NCBI GenBank assembly: GCA_022447625.1 | Contig: JAKVAX010000016.1 | Coordinates: 20,766-84,765 of the forward strand | Reading direction: 5' to 3' | Origin: Flavobacteriales bacterium | GTDB lineage: Bacteria; Bacteroidota; Bacteroidia; Flavobacteriales_D; Sanyastnellaceae | DNA length: 64,000 nucleotides | In this document: positions 45,238 through 53,956 of the stretch, piece by piece | Position numbering within the stretch: position 1 is the first letter of the stretch | How the letters are laid out: each line of letters begins with the position of its first letter | Made by a program: the position numbers and the translations under genes | The notes under the pieces: generated by a model | Told to the model about the DNA's origin: nothing | The model's database searches: none | What the model saw: the letters and a program-made list of their open reading frames with translations, nothing else

Positions 45238-47169
45238 ATGGACATTGAAGTGACGGCAGAGGCGGAGCTTTTCCCTCAATTAACTTTGTATGCTTCGGTC
45301 GATGGTGAATCTTCACCTATACCATATGAATTTGAAGAGTCAACGAACGATGGGGTTTCTTCAAGAATGTATACTGCAATTTGTCTTGGGGAAGGAACCT
45401 ACTTTATAGAACTTTCAAGTATTAATATTAATGGATTCGAGTGTGAAAGGTTCGATCTAAAAGTCTTGCCTCCGAGTGAGATCGAATATAATGATCAAAC
45501 AGACGGAATTGAGGAAATCGCCCCAGGCGAAACTCAGCTGGGCTCTTTGAATTACTTAAGTCCGAATGATCTTGAAGCGGTAGAGAATGAAGATGTATAT
45601 CGATGTGTTACTGAGGATTTTACTTCTCTTTCTGTTTCGTTTACACCTGAAGGAGAGCTCACTGCTTCCATCTCCTTCTATGCCGACGAGGAACTTTCAA
45701 CCTTCATTGTTCCTAACGAAATCCTGGCAGGCGATCTAACTACCACCTATAATTTTGGATGTTTCAATGAAGAGGATGTTTACATGGTTGTGGCTGCCAA
45801 TATTTTCTCTTGCACAACATACTCACTGACAGTGAATGGAGAAGGAGGTGAAGGGTTCTCCAATGACCAAGAAAATAACAATGCTGTTGGACAGGCTACA
45901 GTAATTCCTACATACACTTCGTTTGAAGGTCAGCTTGGAACTCAAGTAGTTGAAAACATCTACGGGTTTACAGTAGATGATACAGAGGACTGGTACGAAT
46001 TCACCGTAGAAGACAACTGCGACTCGATCAAAGTCACCTTAAACGTTCCTGAAGAAGGAGACTTAGACGATGTGCTTGTTGGTCTTTATCGGAACACAGA
46101 CGATGGTGCCCTGCTTCTGAGTGGAGTTGAGTACGTTAATTTAGGGTCAACTGGTTCGTATACGTTGAAATGCGCTGAAGCGGGTAATTACTTCCTTCAA
46201 TTGTACCTGAACCAAAGTGCAGACTGTTCTGGGTATTCTTTTATCGTTGAAGAGTACGCCTACTTCGGGCCTGACACTCATCTTGCAGATGATGATTTTC
46301 CTATAGCCATTCAGCCAGATATGCTGATTGAAGATCACTTAGGGTCAACCTTCGAGAATACAGGGTTCAATGGTGATGATCGTTTCGCAATTCAGATTCC
46401 TCCTACTGTGTACGCTAACCTAGATGTTCAATCAGAAGAGCCTTTGGTTGTTCGAGTCTACAAAGTGAACCCAATGCAGGAGAATAATCCCCAGGAGTTG
46501 TTCTTTGAGTTCTTCTTCCCTGGAGGAGATATTACTTATGAATTGCAATGTTTGGAGGCCGGCGACCATGTGATTCAATTCTTTTCGATGTCTTTTGATT
46601 GCTTCAGCTACAACTTTAATGTCCGCCCGAAAGAGTTCATTGATACTGCTGAGCCAAACAATACGATCGAACAAGCAACGCCACTGAATATCCCAACATC
46701 ATTGGTTGGAACCGTGGGAGTCACGGTCTCTGAAGGGAACAATGATTTTGACGACTTCTACACGCTCACATTGCCAGCCAACCAAACAATGACGATCCAA
46801 GCGGATATTCTCCCTGAGGATTTTCTCCTGGGCTCAATTGAACTTCAATTGATAATGAACGGAGTAGTTGCTGAACTTCAACTTGTTGAAGAACCAGAAA
46901 CTATCCATCTCGGACCGTTTGAAGTTGAGAAGCATGTACTCATGATCGTGACGCCGACCGATTGGTGCCAAGAGTATACATTGGATATCACTTCTGAAGG
47001 AAGCGCACCAGGGGATCTGAATGGAGATGGAGTGGTGAATACAGAAGATTTGACCAACTTCTTCAGCAATTTTCCTTGTACATCCGACTGTTCTGTTGGT
47101 GATTTGAATGGAGACGGACTAGTGAATATTCAAGACTTAATCATCTTCCTTTCGAACTACGGAGGATGA
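45238..47169 (+). CDS. C-terminal continuation of the PPC-repeat protein (same frame as 43018 ORF; open from 45121) ending in a canonical two-segment dockerin module
   Basis: The frame is open from 45121 (IEVDETYDISLGF...DTDWYRFD begins a full repeat). Further PPC-like repeats follow (DTEDWYEFTV, NDFDDFYTLTL). The C-terminus GDLNGDGVVNTEDLTNFF...GDLNGDGLVNIQDLIIFLSNYGG is a type-I dockerin duplicated Ca-binding segment. Confidence 0.7.
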   Translation: MDIEVTAEAELFPQLTLYASVDGESSPIPYEFEESTNDGVSSRMYTAICLGEGTYFIELSSININGFECERFDLKVLPPSEIEYNDQTDGIEEIAPGETQLGSLNYLSPNDLEAVENEDVYRCVTEDFTSLSVSFTPEGELTASISFYADEELSTFIVPNEILAGDLTTTYNFGCFNEEDVYMVVAANIFSCTTYSLTVNGEGGEGFSNDQENNNAVGQATVIPTYTSFEGQLGTQVVENIYGFTVDDTEDWYEFTVEDNCDSIKVTLNVPEEGDLDDVLVGLYRNTDDGALLLSGVEYVNLGSTGSYTLKCAEAGNYFLQLYLNQSADCSGYSFIVEEYAYFGPDTHLADDDFPIAIQPDMLIEDHLGSTFENTGFNGDDRFAIQIPPTVYANLDVQSEEPLVVRVYKVNPMQENNPQELFFEFFFPGGDITYELQCLEAGDHVIQFFSMSFDCFSYNFNVRPKEFIDTAEPNNTIEQATPLNIPTSLVGTVGVTVSEGNNDFDDFYTLTLPANQTMTIQADILPEDFLLGSIELQLIMNGVVAELQLVEEPETIHLGPFEVEKHVLMIVTPTDWCQEYTLDITSEGSAPGDLNGDGVVNTEDLTNFFSNFPCTSDCSVGDLNGDGLVNIQDLIIFLSNYGG

Positions 47170-47222
47170 GAGAATAAATATTTAGTGTAAATTGTACACG
47201 TAGGTTTTGTGGCTGCTCAAAA

Positions 47223-47243
47223 GCCAGCATTTCGCTGGCCTTT
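47223..47243 (+). terminator. Hairpin GCCAGC-atttc-GCTGGC followed by cttt (weak terminator/attenuator between the PPC-repeat gene and the amylase gene)
   Basis: Seen in the sequence. The T-run is short, so efficiency is uncertain. Confidence 0.35.
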
Positions 47244-47283
47244 GAGTAGATCGTAAATGACCCGATCTAACCCAACCGAAAAC

Positions 47284-50200
47284 ATGCGACTCTTTACACT
47301 GATCATCTCACTGCTCTTGGTGCTATCTGCAAGCGCCCAAACTCCTGTTATTCAAGACTCACCCGGTGGTGTGATCGACGGAATTAACGTTCTCGATCCC
47401 ACACGCGTGGTGCTGCAACTGCATGCTCCGAATAAGTCAACGGTGCACTTAATTGGTGATATGACCAATTGGCAAGTCGACGATAACTACCTCTTGAATG
47501 TATCAAATGATGGAACGAAGTGGTGGATTGAATTGACCGGGCTTCAACCTGGGGTTCAGTATCGCTATCAATACCTTGTTGACGATGTACTCGCGGTGTC
47601 TGATCCTTATGCTACATTGATTCTTGATCCATGGAATGACGGTTTCATTCCGGATGCTACATACCCAGATATGATTGAATACCCTTGGGGTCAAACAGAT
47701 TGGCCAGTAAGTGTATTCGAGACTTCTCCAGAAGAATACGTTTGGAATGATCAAGGCTACCAAAGACCACCGCAAGATCGCTTGGTGATCTACGAGTTGC
47801 TCATTCGCGATTGGGATGATGGTCAGAACTACCAAGACGTATTGGATCGTCTTGATTACCTAGAAAATCTTGGGATTACTGCAGTCGAATTAATGCCTGT
47901 GCAAGAATTCGACGGAAACCTTAGCTGGGGATATAACCCAGGCTCTTACTTTGCTCCAGACAAATACTACGGCTCGGATATCCAGCTAAAGCGAGTGATT
48001 GACGAGTGCCACCAGAGAGGCATAGCAGTCATCATGGATATCGTTCCAAATCACAGCTTTGGTCTGAGTAGTTTGGTTCGCATGTACTATGATGATAGTC
48101 AGGGTTTTTTGGCGCCTACGGCGGAAAACCCATGGCACAACACCATGGCGACCCACCCATTCAATGTTGGCTATGATTTCGATCACAGTTCCACGCTAGT
48201 GAAAGATCTATGGAAACGAATCTTCAGCTACTGGATCGAGGAATATCATGTGGATGGCTATCGAATTGACCTTTCAAAAGGATTAACTCAAAACAACACT
48301 GGACAAGATGTAGGCGCTTGGAATGCATACGATCAAGGAAGGGTGGACATTTTGAATGAATATGGTGCACATATTTGGGGGGAACACCCTGGAACCTATG
48401 TGATCCTTGAACACTTCGCAGATAATAGCGAAGAGACCGTGTTGGCGAACAATGGCTTCATGTTCTGGGGAGAGATGAATGATAGTTTTAGTCAGGCCGT
48501 AATGGGCTACGGAGGAGATCTTAATTGGGGAGCTTGGACCAATCGTGGATGGAACTGGCCAAACCTGGTTACCTACATGGAAAGCCACGATCATGACCGT
48601 CTCATGTTCAAGAACCTGAACTATGGAAACGCCAATGGTGGTTACGATGTGAAAGACCTTAATACTGCTCTTCAACGAATGGAAATGGCCTTTACGTTCT
48701 TGCTCGCGATGCCTGGTCCGAAGATGATTTGGCAATGGGGTGAGTACGGCTATGATGTGAGCATTGAAGACTGCGGTGATGGCACCTTGAACTCATCATG
48801 CAGAACAGGGGAGAAACCATCATATTGGAATTACCTCGATGACCCGGCTCGACTCGAATTGTATAAGGTGGTTCGTGCATTGAATAATCTAAAGAAGAAT
48901 CATGACACTTTCTCTACCTATAACTTCACTACTGATTTAGGGGGGAGTGGAAAGAGAATGCACCTCTACAATGACAACATGGATGCGGTAGTTGCAGGGA
49001 ACTTTGACGTATTCGGGTTTAACATGGTTCCCGGATTCCCTCACGGAGGTACATGGTACGATTACTTCAGCGGAAACTCATTCGAAGTGAATGACTTGAA
49101 CGCCGCTTTCTTCTTTCAACCGGGTGAATATCACATTTACACCGATCAGCCACTAGTAACTCCCGATACCGACGGCAATGCACCGTTATTTGCAGCGCTT
49201 GGATGTACTGATCCCAATGCCAATAACTACGATCCGACAGCTGACGGTGATGATGGTTCGTGTTTGTACAACTTGACCATGTCAGTCGATATGTCTGAAC
49301 AGGTTGTGGGTGGCGCAGGCGTTCATGTAGCAGGAAACTTCCAAGGATGGGACCCTTCAGCTTCTTTGATGACCGATAACGGAGATGGTACTTGGGAATT
49401 GACCATTGAAATTGCAGCCGGTCAAACACTAGAATACAAATACATCAATGGCAATGCCTGGGGGAATGAGGAAGTCGTTCCTTCTGATTGTGGAGCTTCT
49501 GATGGTTTCGGTGGCTACAACCGAGCATGGATTACAGGAGCGAATTCAGAGTCAATTCCAATGCACTGCTTTGAAGCATGTGATGCTTGTCTTCTGCCCG
49601 CTGTGAATGTCACTTTCAATGTGGATATGTCTCAGCAGATAGCAGCACCAGAAGGAGTTCACCTTGTTGGAAACTTCCAGTTCTGGGTTCCAGACGCTGA
49701 TCCTATGGTTGATAATGGAGATGGTACATGGAGCTATACTGTTTCAATGGTGCCTACCGCCGTGATTGAATACAAAATCATCAACGGAAATACCTGGGGT
49801 GCGGATGAGTTGATTCCCGCTGAATGCGCAGTCAATGGCAACCGAGGGTTTACAGTTCCAGAGTCCGATGTGTCGATTGATATCGTTTGCTTCGGAGAGT
49901 GTGAGGCTTGTGCCTTGATTATCGTTCCTGGATGTATCGATCCTGGTGCCGCGAATTACAACGAAAACGCCAATGAAGACGATGGATCATGTGTCTACAA
50001 TGTCACCTTCCAAGTCGATATGAGTGAGACGAGTATCTTACCCGAAGGACTGCACCTAGCAGGTAACTGGCAAGGATGGGATCCAACTTCCATTCTCATG
50101 GTTAATCAAGGAAACGAGATTTATACCTACACGACGACTTTCCCTGCCGGTACTTACATTGAGTATAAGTATGTCAACGGGACGGATTGGAGTCAGGCTG

Positions 50201-50640
50201 AGGCCGTACCGCTAGATTGTGGCGTGCCTGATGGCTTCAATGGATATCAACGCTGGTTCACAACATCTGGATTAGAGGAGAGTATTCCGTTGCATTGTTT
50301 CTCTAGCTGTGTGGCGTGTTCTGGATGTGAAGGAACTGCTGGATGTATCTACGCAGCGGCCATTAACTACGATCCAAGCGCAAGCTTTGATGACGGTTCG
50401 TGCATCTTCGAAGGATGTATGGATGTAGCAGCGGTGAACTACAACGAAATGGCTTCACAGGATGACGGATCATGTGTATACGGCTACGACTTCTGCGGCC
50501 CGTTCACTATTTGGGATGCGGAGCAGCAGTTGTGTGTTCCCGACCCAAGTTGTCCGGCCGATTTGAACTACGATTTGCTGATCAACGCAGCCGATCTCTT
50601 GCTCTTCCTTTCGAACTTCGGAACGGATTGTCCGGATTAA
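47284..50640 (+). CDS. Secreted GH13 alpha-amylase-family glycoside hydrolase with N-terminal E-set/CBM48-like domain, three tandem CBM-like (starch-binding-type) repeats separated by Cys-loop linkers, and a single dockerin-like C-terminal segment
   Basis: GH13 regions: I DIVPNHS, II DGYRIDLSKG, IV TYMESHDHD. There are three ~100-aa repeats (VAGNFQGWDP.../VGNFQFWVP.../LAGNWQGWDP... ending C..C.AC). Linkers of the form GC.DP.A.NY.....DDGSC occur 4 times. The tail is CPADLNYDLLINAADLLLFLSNFGTDCPD. Start set at MRLFTL (signal peptide). Confidence 0.8.
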   Translation: MRLFTLIISLLLVLSASAQTPVIQDSPGGVIDGINVLDPTRVVLQLHAPNKSTVHLIGDMTNWQVDDNYLLNVSNDGTKWWIELTGLQPGVQYRYQYLVDDVLAVSDPYATLILDPWNDGFIPDATYPDMIEYPWGQTDWPVSVFETSPEEYVWNDQGYQRPPQDRLVIYELLIRDWDDGQNYQDVLDRLDYLENLGITAVELMPVQEFDGNLSWGYNPGSYFAPDKYYGSDIQLKRVIDECHQRGIAVIMDIVPNHSFGLSSLVRMYYDDSQGFLAPTAENPWHNTMATHPFNVGYDFDHSSTLVKDLWKRIFSYWIEEYHVDGYRIDLSKGLTQNNTGQDVGAWNAYDQGRVDILNEYGAHIWGEHPGTYVILEHFADNSEETVLANNGFMFWGEMNDSFSQAVMGYGGDLNWGAWTNRGWNWPNLVTYMESHDHDRLMFKNLNYGNANGGYDVKDLNTALQRMEMAFTFLLAMPGPKMIWQWGEYGYDVSIEDCGDGTLNSSCRTGEKPSYWNYLDDPARLELYKVVRALNNLKKNHDTFSTYNFTTDLGGSGKRMHLYNDNMDAVVAGNFDVFGFNMVPGFPHGGTWYDYFSGNSFEVNDLNAAFFFQPGEYHIYTDQPLVTPDTDGNAPLFAALGCTDPNANNYDPTADGDDGSCLYNLTMSVDMSEQVVGGAGVHVAGNFQGWDPSASLMTDNGDGTWELTIEIAAGQTLEYKYINGNAWGNEEVVPSDCGASDGFGGYNRAWITGANSESIPMHCFEACDACLLPAVNVTFNVDMSQQIAAPEGVHLVGNFQFWVPDADPMVDNGDGTWSYTVSMVPTAVIEYKIINGNTWGADELIPAECAVNGNRGFTVPESDVSIDIVCFGECEACALIIVPGCIDPGAANYNENANEDDGSCVYNVTFQVDMSETSILPEGLHLAGNWQGWDPTSILMVNQGNEIYTYTTTFPAGTYIEYKYVNGTDWSQAEAVPLDCGVPDGFNGYQRWFTTSGLEESIPLHCFSSCVACSGCEGTAGCIYAAAINYDPSASFDDGSCIFEGCMDVAAVNYNEMASQDDGSCVYGYDFCGPFTIWDAEQQLCVPDPSCPADLNYDLLINAADLLLFLSNFGTDCPD

Positions 50641-50773
50641 GAGCAACCGATTCCGCCGTTGATGAAGAAGAAATACTGATGTTGATTAGTTTCATACCCA
50701 CAATCAGGCAAATTCTAGACGAGAAGAAAGCAATGTATTACCTTTGCCTGTCTGAACGGATAATCGCAGAAAC

Positions 50774-51349
50774 ATGCTGAACATAGTTCTATTTGGACCT
50801 CCGGGGGCAGGGAAAGGCACCCAGTCATTGAACCTGATCGAAAAGTACGGTCTTGTACACTTGAGTACAGGAGACATTTTTCGTGCGAATATCAAAGGAG
50901 GAACTGAGCTTGGAGTACTCGCTAAAAGTTACATGGATGAAGGTGCGTTGGTGCCAGATGAAGTAACGATTGCCATGTTGGAGTCAGAAGTGTTGAAACA
51001 CGAAAATCCAAAGGGCTTCATCTTTGACGGATTCCCACGCACTACTGCACAAGCCGAGGCACTTTCTGCTTTCCTTTCAAAACACAACACTTCGATTACT
51101 TGCATGTTGGCACTTGAAGTTCCTGAAGGTGAGCTTCGTGATCGTTTGCGCTTACGCGCGGAAACAAGTGGTCGCATAGATGATGCTGATCCCAAAATCA
51201 TTCAGAACCGCATCGATACCTACAACCGAGAAACAGCTCCAGTAGCTGACTTCTATCGCGGACAAAACAAGTACATCGGGATCAATGGTGTAGGGAGCAT
51301 TGAAGATATTTCAGAACGTTTGTTCGAGGCGATTGATCAAACTGCTTGA
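50774..51349 (+). CDS. adk: Adenylate kinase
   Basis: P-loop GPPGAGKGTQS and LID/NMP-binding blocks. Confidence 0.95.
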   Translation: MLNIVLFGPPGAGKGTQSLNLIEKYGLVHLSTGDIFRANIKGGTELGVLAKSYMDEGALVPDEVTIAMLESEVLKHENPKGFIFDGFPRTTAQAEALSAFLSKHNTSITCMLALEVPEGELRDRLRLRAETSGRIDDADPKIIQNRIDTYNRETAPVADFYRGQNKYIGINGVGSIEDISERLFEAIDQTA

Positions 51350-51358
51350 ACCTAAGAA

Positions 51359-52363
51359 ATGGCGAGCGAGAACTTCGTAGATTATGTGAAGATCTGCTGC
51401 CGATCTGGAAAAGGTGGGGGTGGATCAACGCACTTTCATCGTGATAAGCGCACAGCGAAAGGAGGACCTGACGGTGGTGACGGCGGACGAGGAGGTCATG
51501 TCATCATTCGTGGTTCGCGTCACGTCTGGACTTTACTTCACTTAAAGTACCGTAAACACGTGATTGCCGAAGCCGGAATGTACGGCTCTGGCGGCCTGAA
51601 AACCGGTGCGCAAGGAAAGGATGAAATCCTGGAAGTTCCGCTCGGAACGATTGCAAAGGACGCTGAAACAGGCAAAGTTCAACACGAGATAACCGAAGAC
51701 GGTGAAGAGTACATTCTCGTTCCAGGAGGACGAGGAGGTCTTGGAAATGATCACTTCAAATCGTCAACGAATCAAACCCCACGTTATGCTCAGCCAGGTG
51801 AACCTGGTAAAGAAGAATGGAAAATTCTTGAGCTAAAACTTTTGGCAGACGTCGGTCTTGTGGGATTCCCGAATGCAGGTAAGTCAACCTTGCTTTCTGT
51901 GGTATCAGCGGCCAAGCCTGAGATTGCATCGTATCCGTTTACAACGATTCGTCCGAACTTAGGGATGGTTCAATACCGTGACCACCGTTCTTTCGTAATG
52001 GCCGATATCCCAGGGATTATCGAAGGAGCACACGAAGGGAAAGGTCTTGGGCATCGATTCTTGCGTCACATCGAACGTAACGCGTTGTTGCTGTTCATGA
52101 TTCCTGCGGATAGCGACGACATCGAAAAAGAATACAACGTCTTGTTGAACGAACTGAAGCAGTACAACGATGAGCTGATGTTCAAACGCAAAATTCTGGC
52201 GGTAACAAAGAGTGATATGCTCGATGAAGAGCTTACTGAGGAAATTGCGAAAACGCTTCCGGAAGGCGTGCCTTCTATCTTTATTTCGGCCGTGGCAGGC
52301 CATGGAATTCAGCAGCTGAAAGACTTGATCTGGAAAATGCTTAATGAAGAAGGCGGGGGCTAA
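51359..52363 (+). CDS. obg: GTPase Obg/CgtA
   Basis: Glycine-rich Obg fold N-domain ([16 protein letters not shown]), G1 GFPNAGKST and G4 TKSD. Confidence 0.95.
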   Translation: MASENFVDYVKICCRSGKGGGGSTHFHRDKRTAKGGPDGGDGGRGGHVIIRGSRHVWTLLHLKYRKHVIAEAGMYGSGGLKTGAQGKDEILEVPLGTIAKDAETGKVQHEITEDGEEYILVPGGRGGLGNDHFKSSTNQTPRYAQPGEPGKEEWKILELKLLADVGLVGFPNAGKSTLLSVVSAAKPEIASYPFTTIRPNLGMVQYRDHRSFVMADIPGIIEGAHEGKGLGHRFLRHIERNALLLFMIPADSDDIEKEYNVLLNELKQYNDELMFKRKILAVTKSDMLDEELTEEIAKTLPEGVPSIFISAVAGHGIQQLKDLIWKMLNEEGGG

Positions 52364-52893
52364 GGTAGTGTCTCAATCTGATCGGCGATGTACGCCTCCC
52401 ATTCTTCTTGTTTTCCTTCAATAATGCTGTGATTCGTCTCGGCGTCGTAGCGATCTTGCATGACTTGTAACTCTGCGTATACGCTATCAAATAGGAACTC
52501 AACGCGACCAATCATTCGGTTTTCCATGAACTCTCCGATACTGACTTCGTAGTCTTCGAGAATGGAATCGAGTTTGAATGCATAAATGGCAGTCAGGTCA
52601 AAATGACCTTGCTCGTGAGCTAGAAGTCGATCAATTTTGTGACGGTGGTGTACCCATGATTTTGAGTGAACAAAGTAAGGGGTGACTTCAATGGAAATAT
52701 TCCTACCGTCAGGGGCGTCTACGACGTATCGCATACCGGTGTAAGAGAATGCTTTGTAGAGTTGCGAAGGCCCTGTACGTGTTCTGAAATCTTCCCATGA
52801 GAGTCGTCGATCTTTCTCCCAATTGAGTTCATCTCCTTGGCGCTCAGATGCAGGCAATGCAATAATTAGTAGAAGTATTCCGAGCCAGTTCAT
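52360..52893 (-). CDS. Secreted DUF922-like putative zinc metalloprotease (HExxH)
   Basis: Signal peptide [15 protein letters not shown] and motif [11 protein letters not shown] (HExxH); 177 aa. Confidence 0.55.
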   Translation of the reverse strand: MNWLGILLLIIALPASERQGDELNWEKDRRLSWEDFRTRTGPSQLYKAFSYTGMRYVVDAPDGRNISIEVTPYFVHSKSWVHHRHKIDRLLAHEQGHFDLTAIYAFKLDSILEDYEVSIGEFMENRMIGRVEFLFDSVYAELQVMQDRYDAETNHSIIEGKQEEWEAYIADQIETLP

Positions 52894-52945
52894 GTTTATA
52901 TCAACGCTTAATTCTCACCTTTGTTCCGTCAAGCATTACTAATTT

Positions 52946-53866
52946 ATGTCAACAAAGTTGGAAATCAACGAGGAGGTTGCTCAGGCGCTGAGTGAAGGTC
53001 GTCCGGTGGTGGCTCTAGAAAGCACCATTATCGCACATGGTATGCCTTTCCCTCAGAACGTAGATACGGCGAGAAGGGTAGAGCAGGCCATCCGAGACCA
53101 TGGAGCGATTCCAGCCACCATTGCAGTGCTTGACGGCAAGATCAAAGTGGGCTTGACCAATGAGGATGTACTCAAGCTAACCCGCAGCGCCGGTGTGATG
53201 AAGTTGAGTCGTCGTGACCTAGCCTGGGCGGTGAGTAAAGAGAAGCATGGGGCAACGACTGTTGCCGCGACGATGATCATTGCGGAGATGGCCGGGATCA
53301 ATGTCTTTGTGACCGGAGGGATTGGTGGCGTTCACCGCGGAGCCGAACTGTCATGGGATGTTTCAGCAGACCTAACGGAACTTGGGCAAACCAATGTGGC
53401 TGTAGTTAGTGCCGGAGCAAAGGCCATTCTAAATATTCCAGCAACCTTGGAATATCTCGAGACAATGGGGGTTCCAGTGGTTGGATTTAAAACCGGTGAT
53501 TTCCCGGCTTTCTACAGTCGTCAAAGTGGAAGTCAGGTTGAATATCGATGTGAATCATACAGCGAGCTTGCTAAGTTTATTACCACTAAATGGGATCTTG
53601 GTTTGAAAGGTGGTGTGTTGGTGGCGAATCCAATTCCAGAAGAGTATTCGATGGATCATGCTGTGATTGAAGAAGCGATTCAACTCGCTATCGCGGAAGC
53701 GGAAAAACAAGGTGTCAAAGGAAAGGCACTTTCCCCATTCTTGCTTTCTCGAGTGAAGCAACATACCTCTGGAAAAAGCCTGGAATCCAATGTGGCTTTA
53801 GTGCTTCATAATGCTGAAGTTGGAGCACAACTTGCACGCGAGATCGCACTGTTAAAGTCTGTTTAG
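52946..53866 (+). CDS. psuG: Pseudouridine-5'-phosphate glycosidase
   Basis: The N-terminal EVAQALSEGRPVVALESTIIAHGMP and the overall IndA-like blocks are characteristic of PsuG. Confidence 0.9.
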   Translation: MSTKLEINEEVAQALSEGRPVVALESTIIAHGMPFPQNVDTARRVEQAIRDHGAIPATIAVLDGKIKVGLTNEDVLKLTRSAGVMKLSRRDLAWAVSKEKHGATTVAATMIIAEMAGINVFVTGGIGGVHRGAELSWDVSADLTELGQTNVAVVSAGAKAILNIPATLEYLETMGVPVVGFKTGDFPAFYSRQSGSQVEYRCESYSELAKFITTKWDLGLKGGVLVANPIPEEYSMDHAVIEEAIQLAIAEAEKQGVKGKALSPFLLSRVKQHTSGKSLESNVALVLHNAEVGAQLAREIALLKSV

Positions 53867-53956
53867 TCTGCCTATCAGAGGCCGGTTTCGTTTCCTTTTT
53901 TGCTCAATTCGGCGTACTTTTGCATCCCATTATCTGGGAGCTAAAAACCGTCTTAT

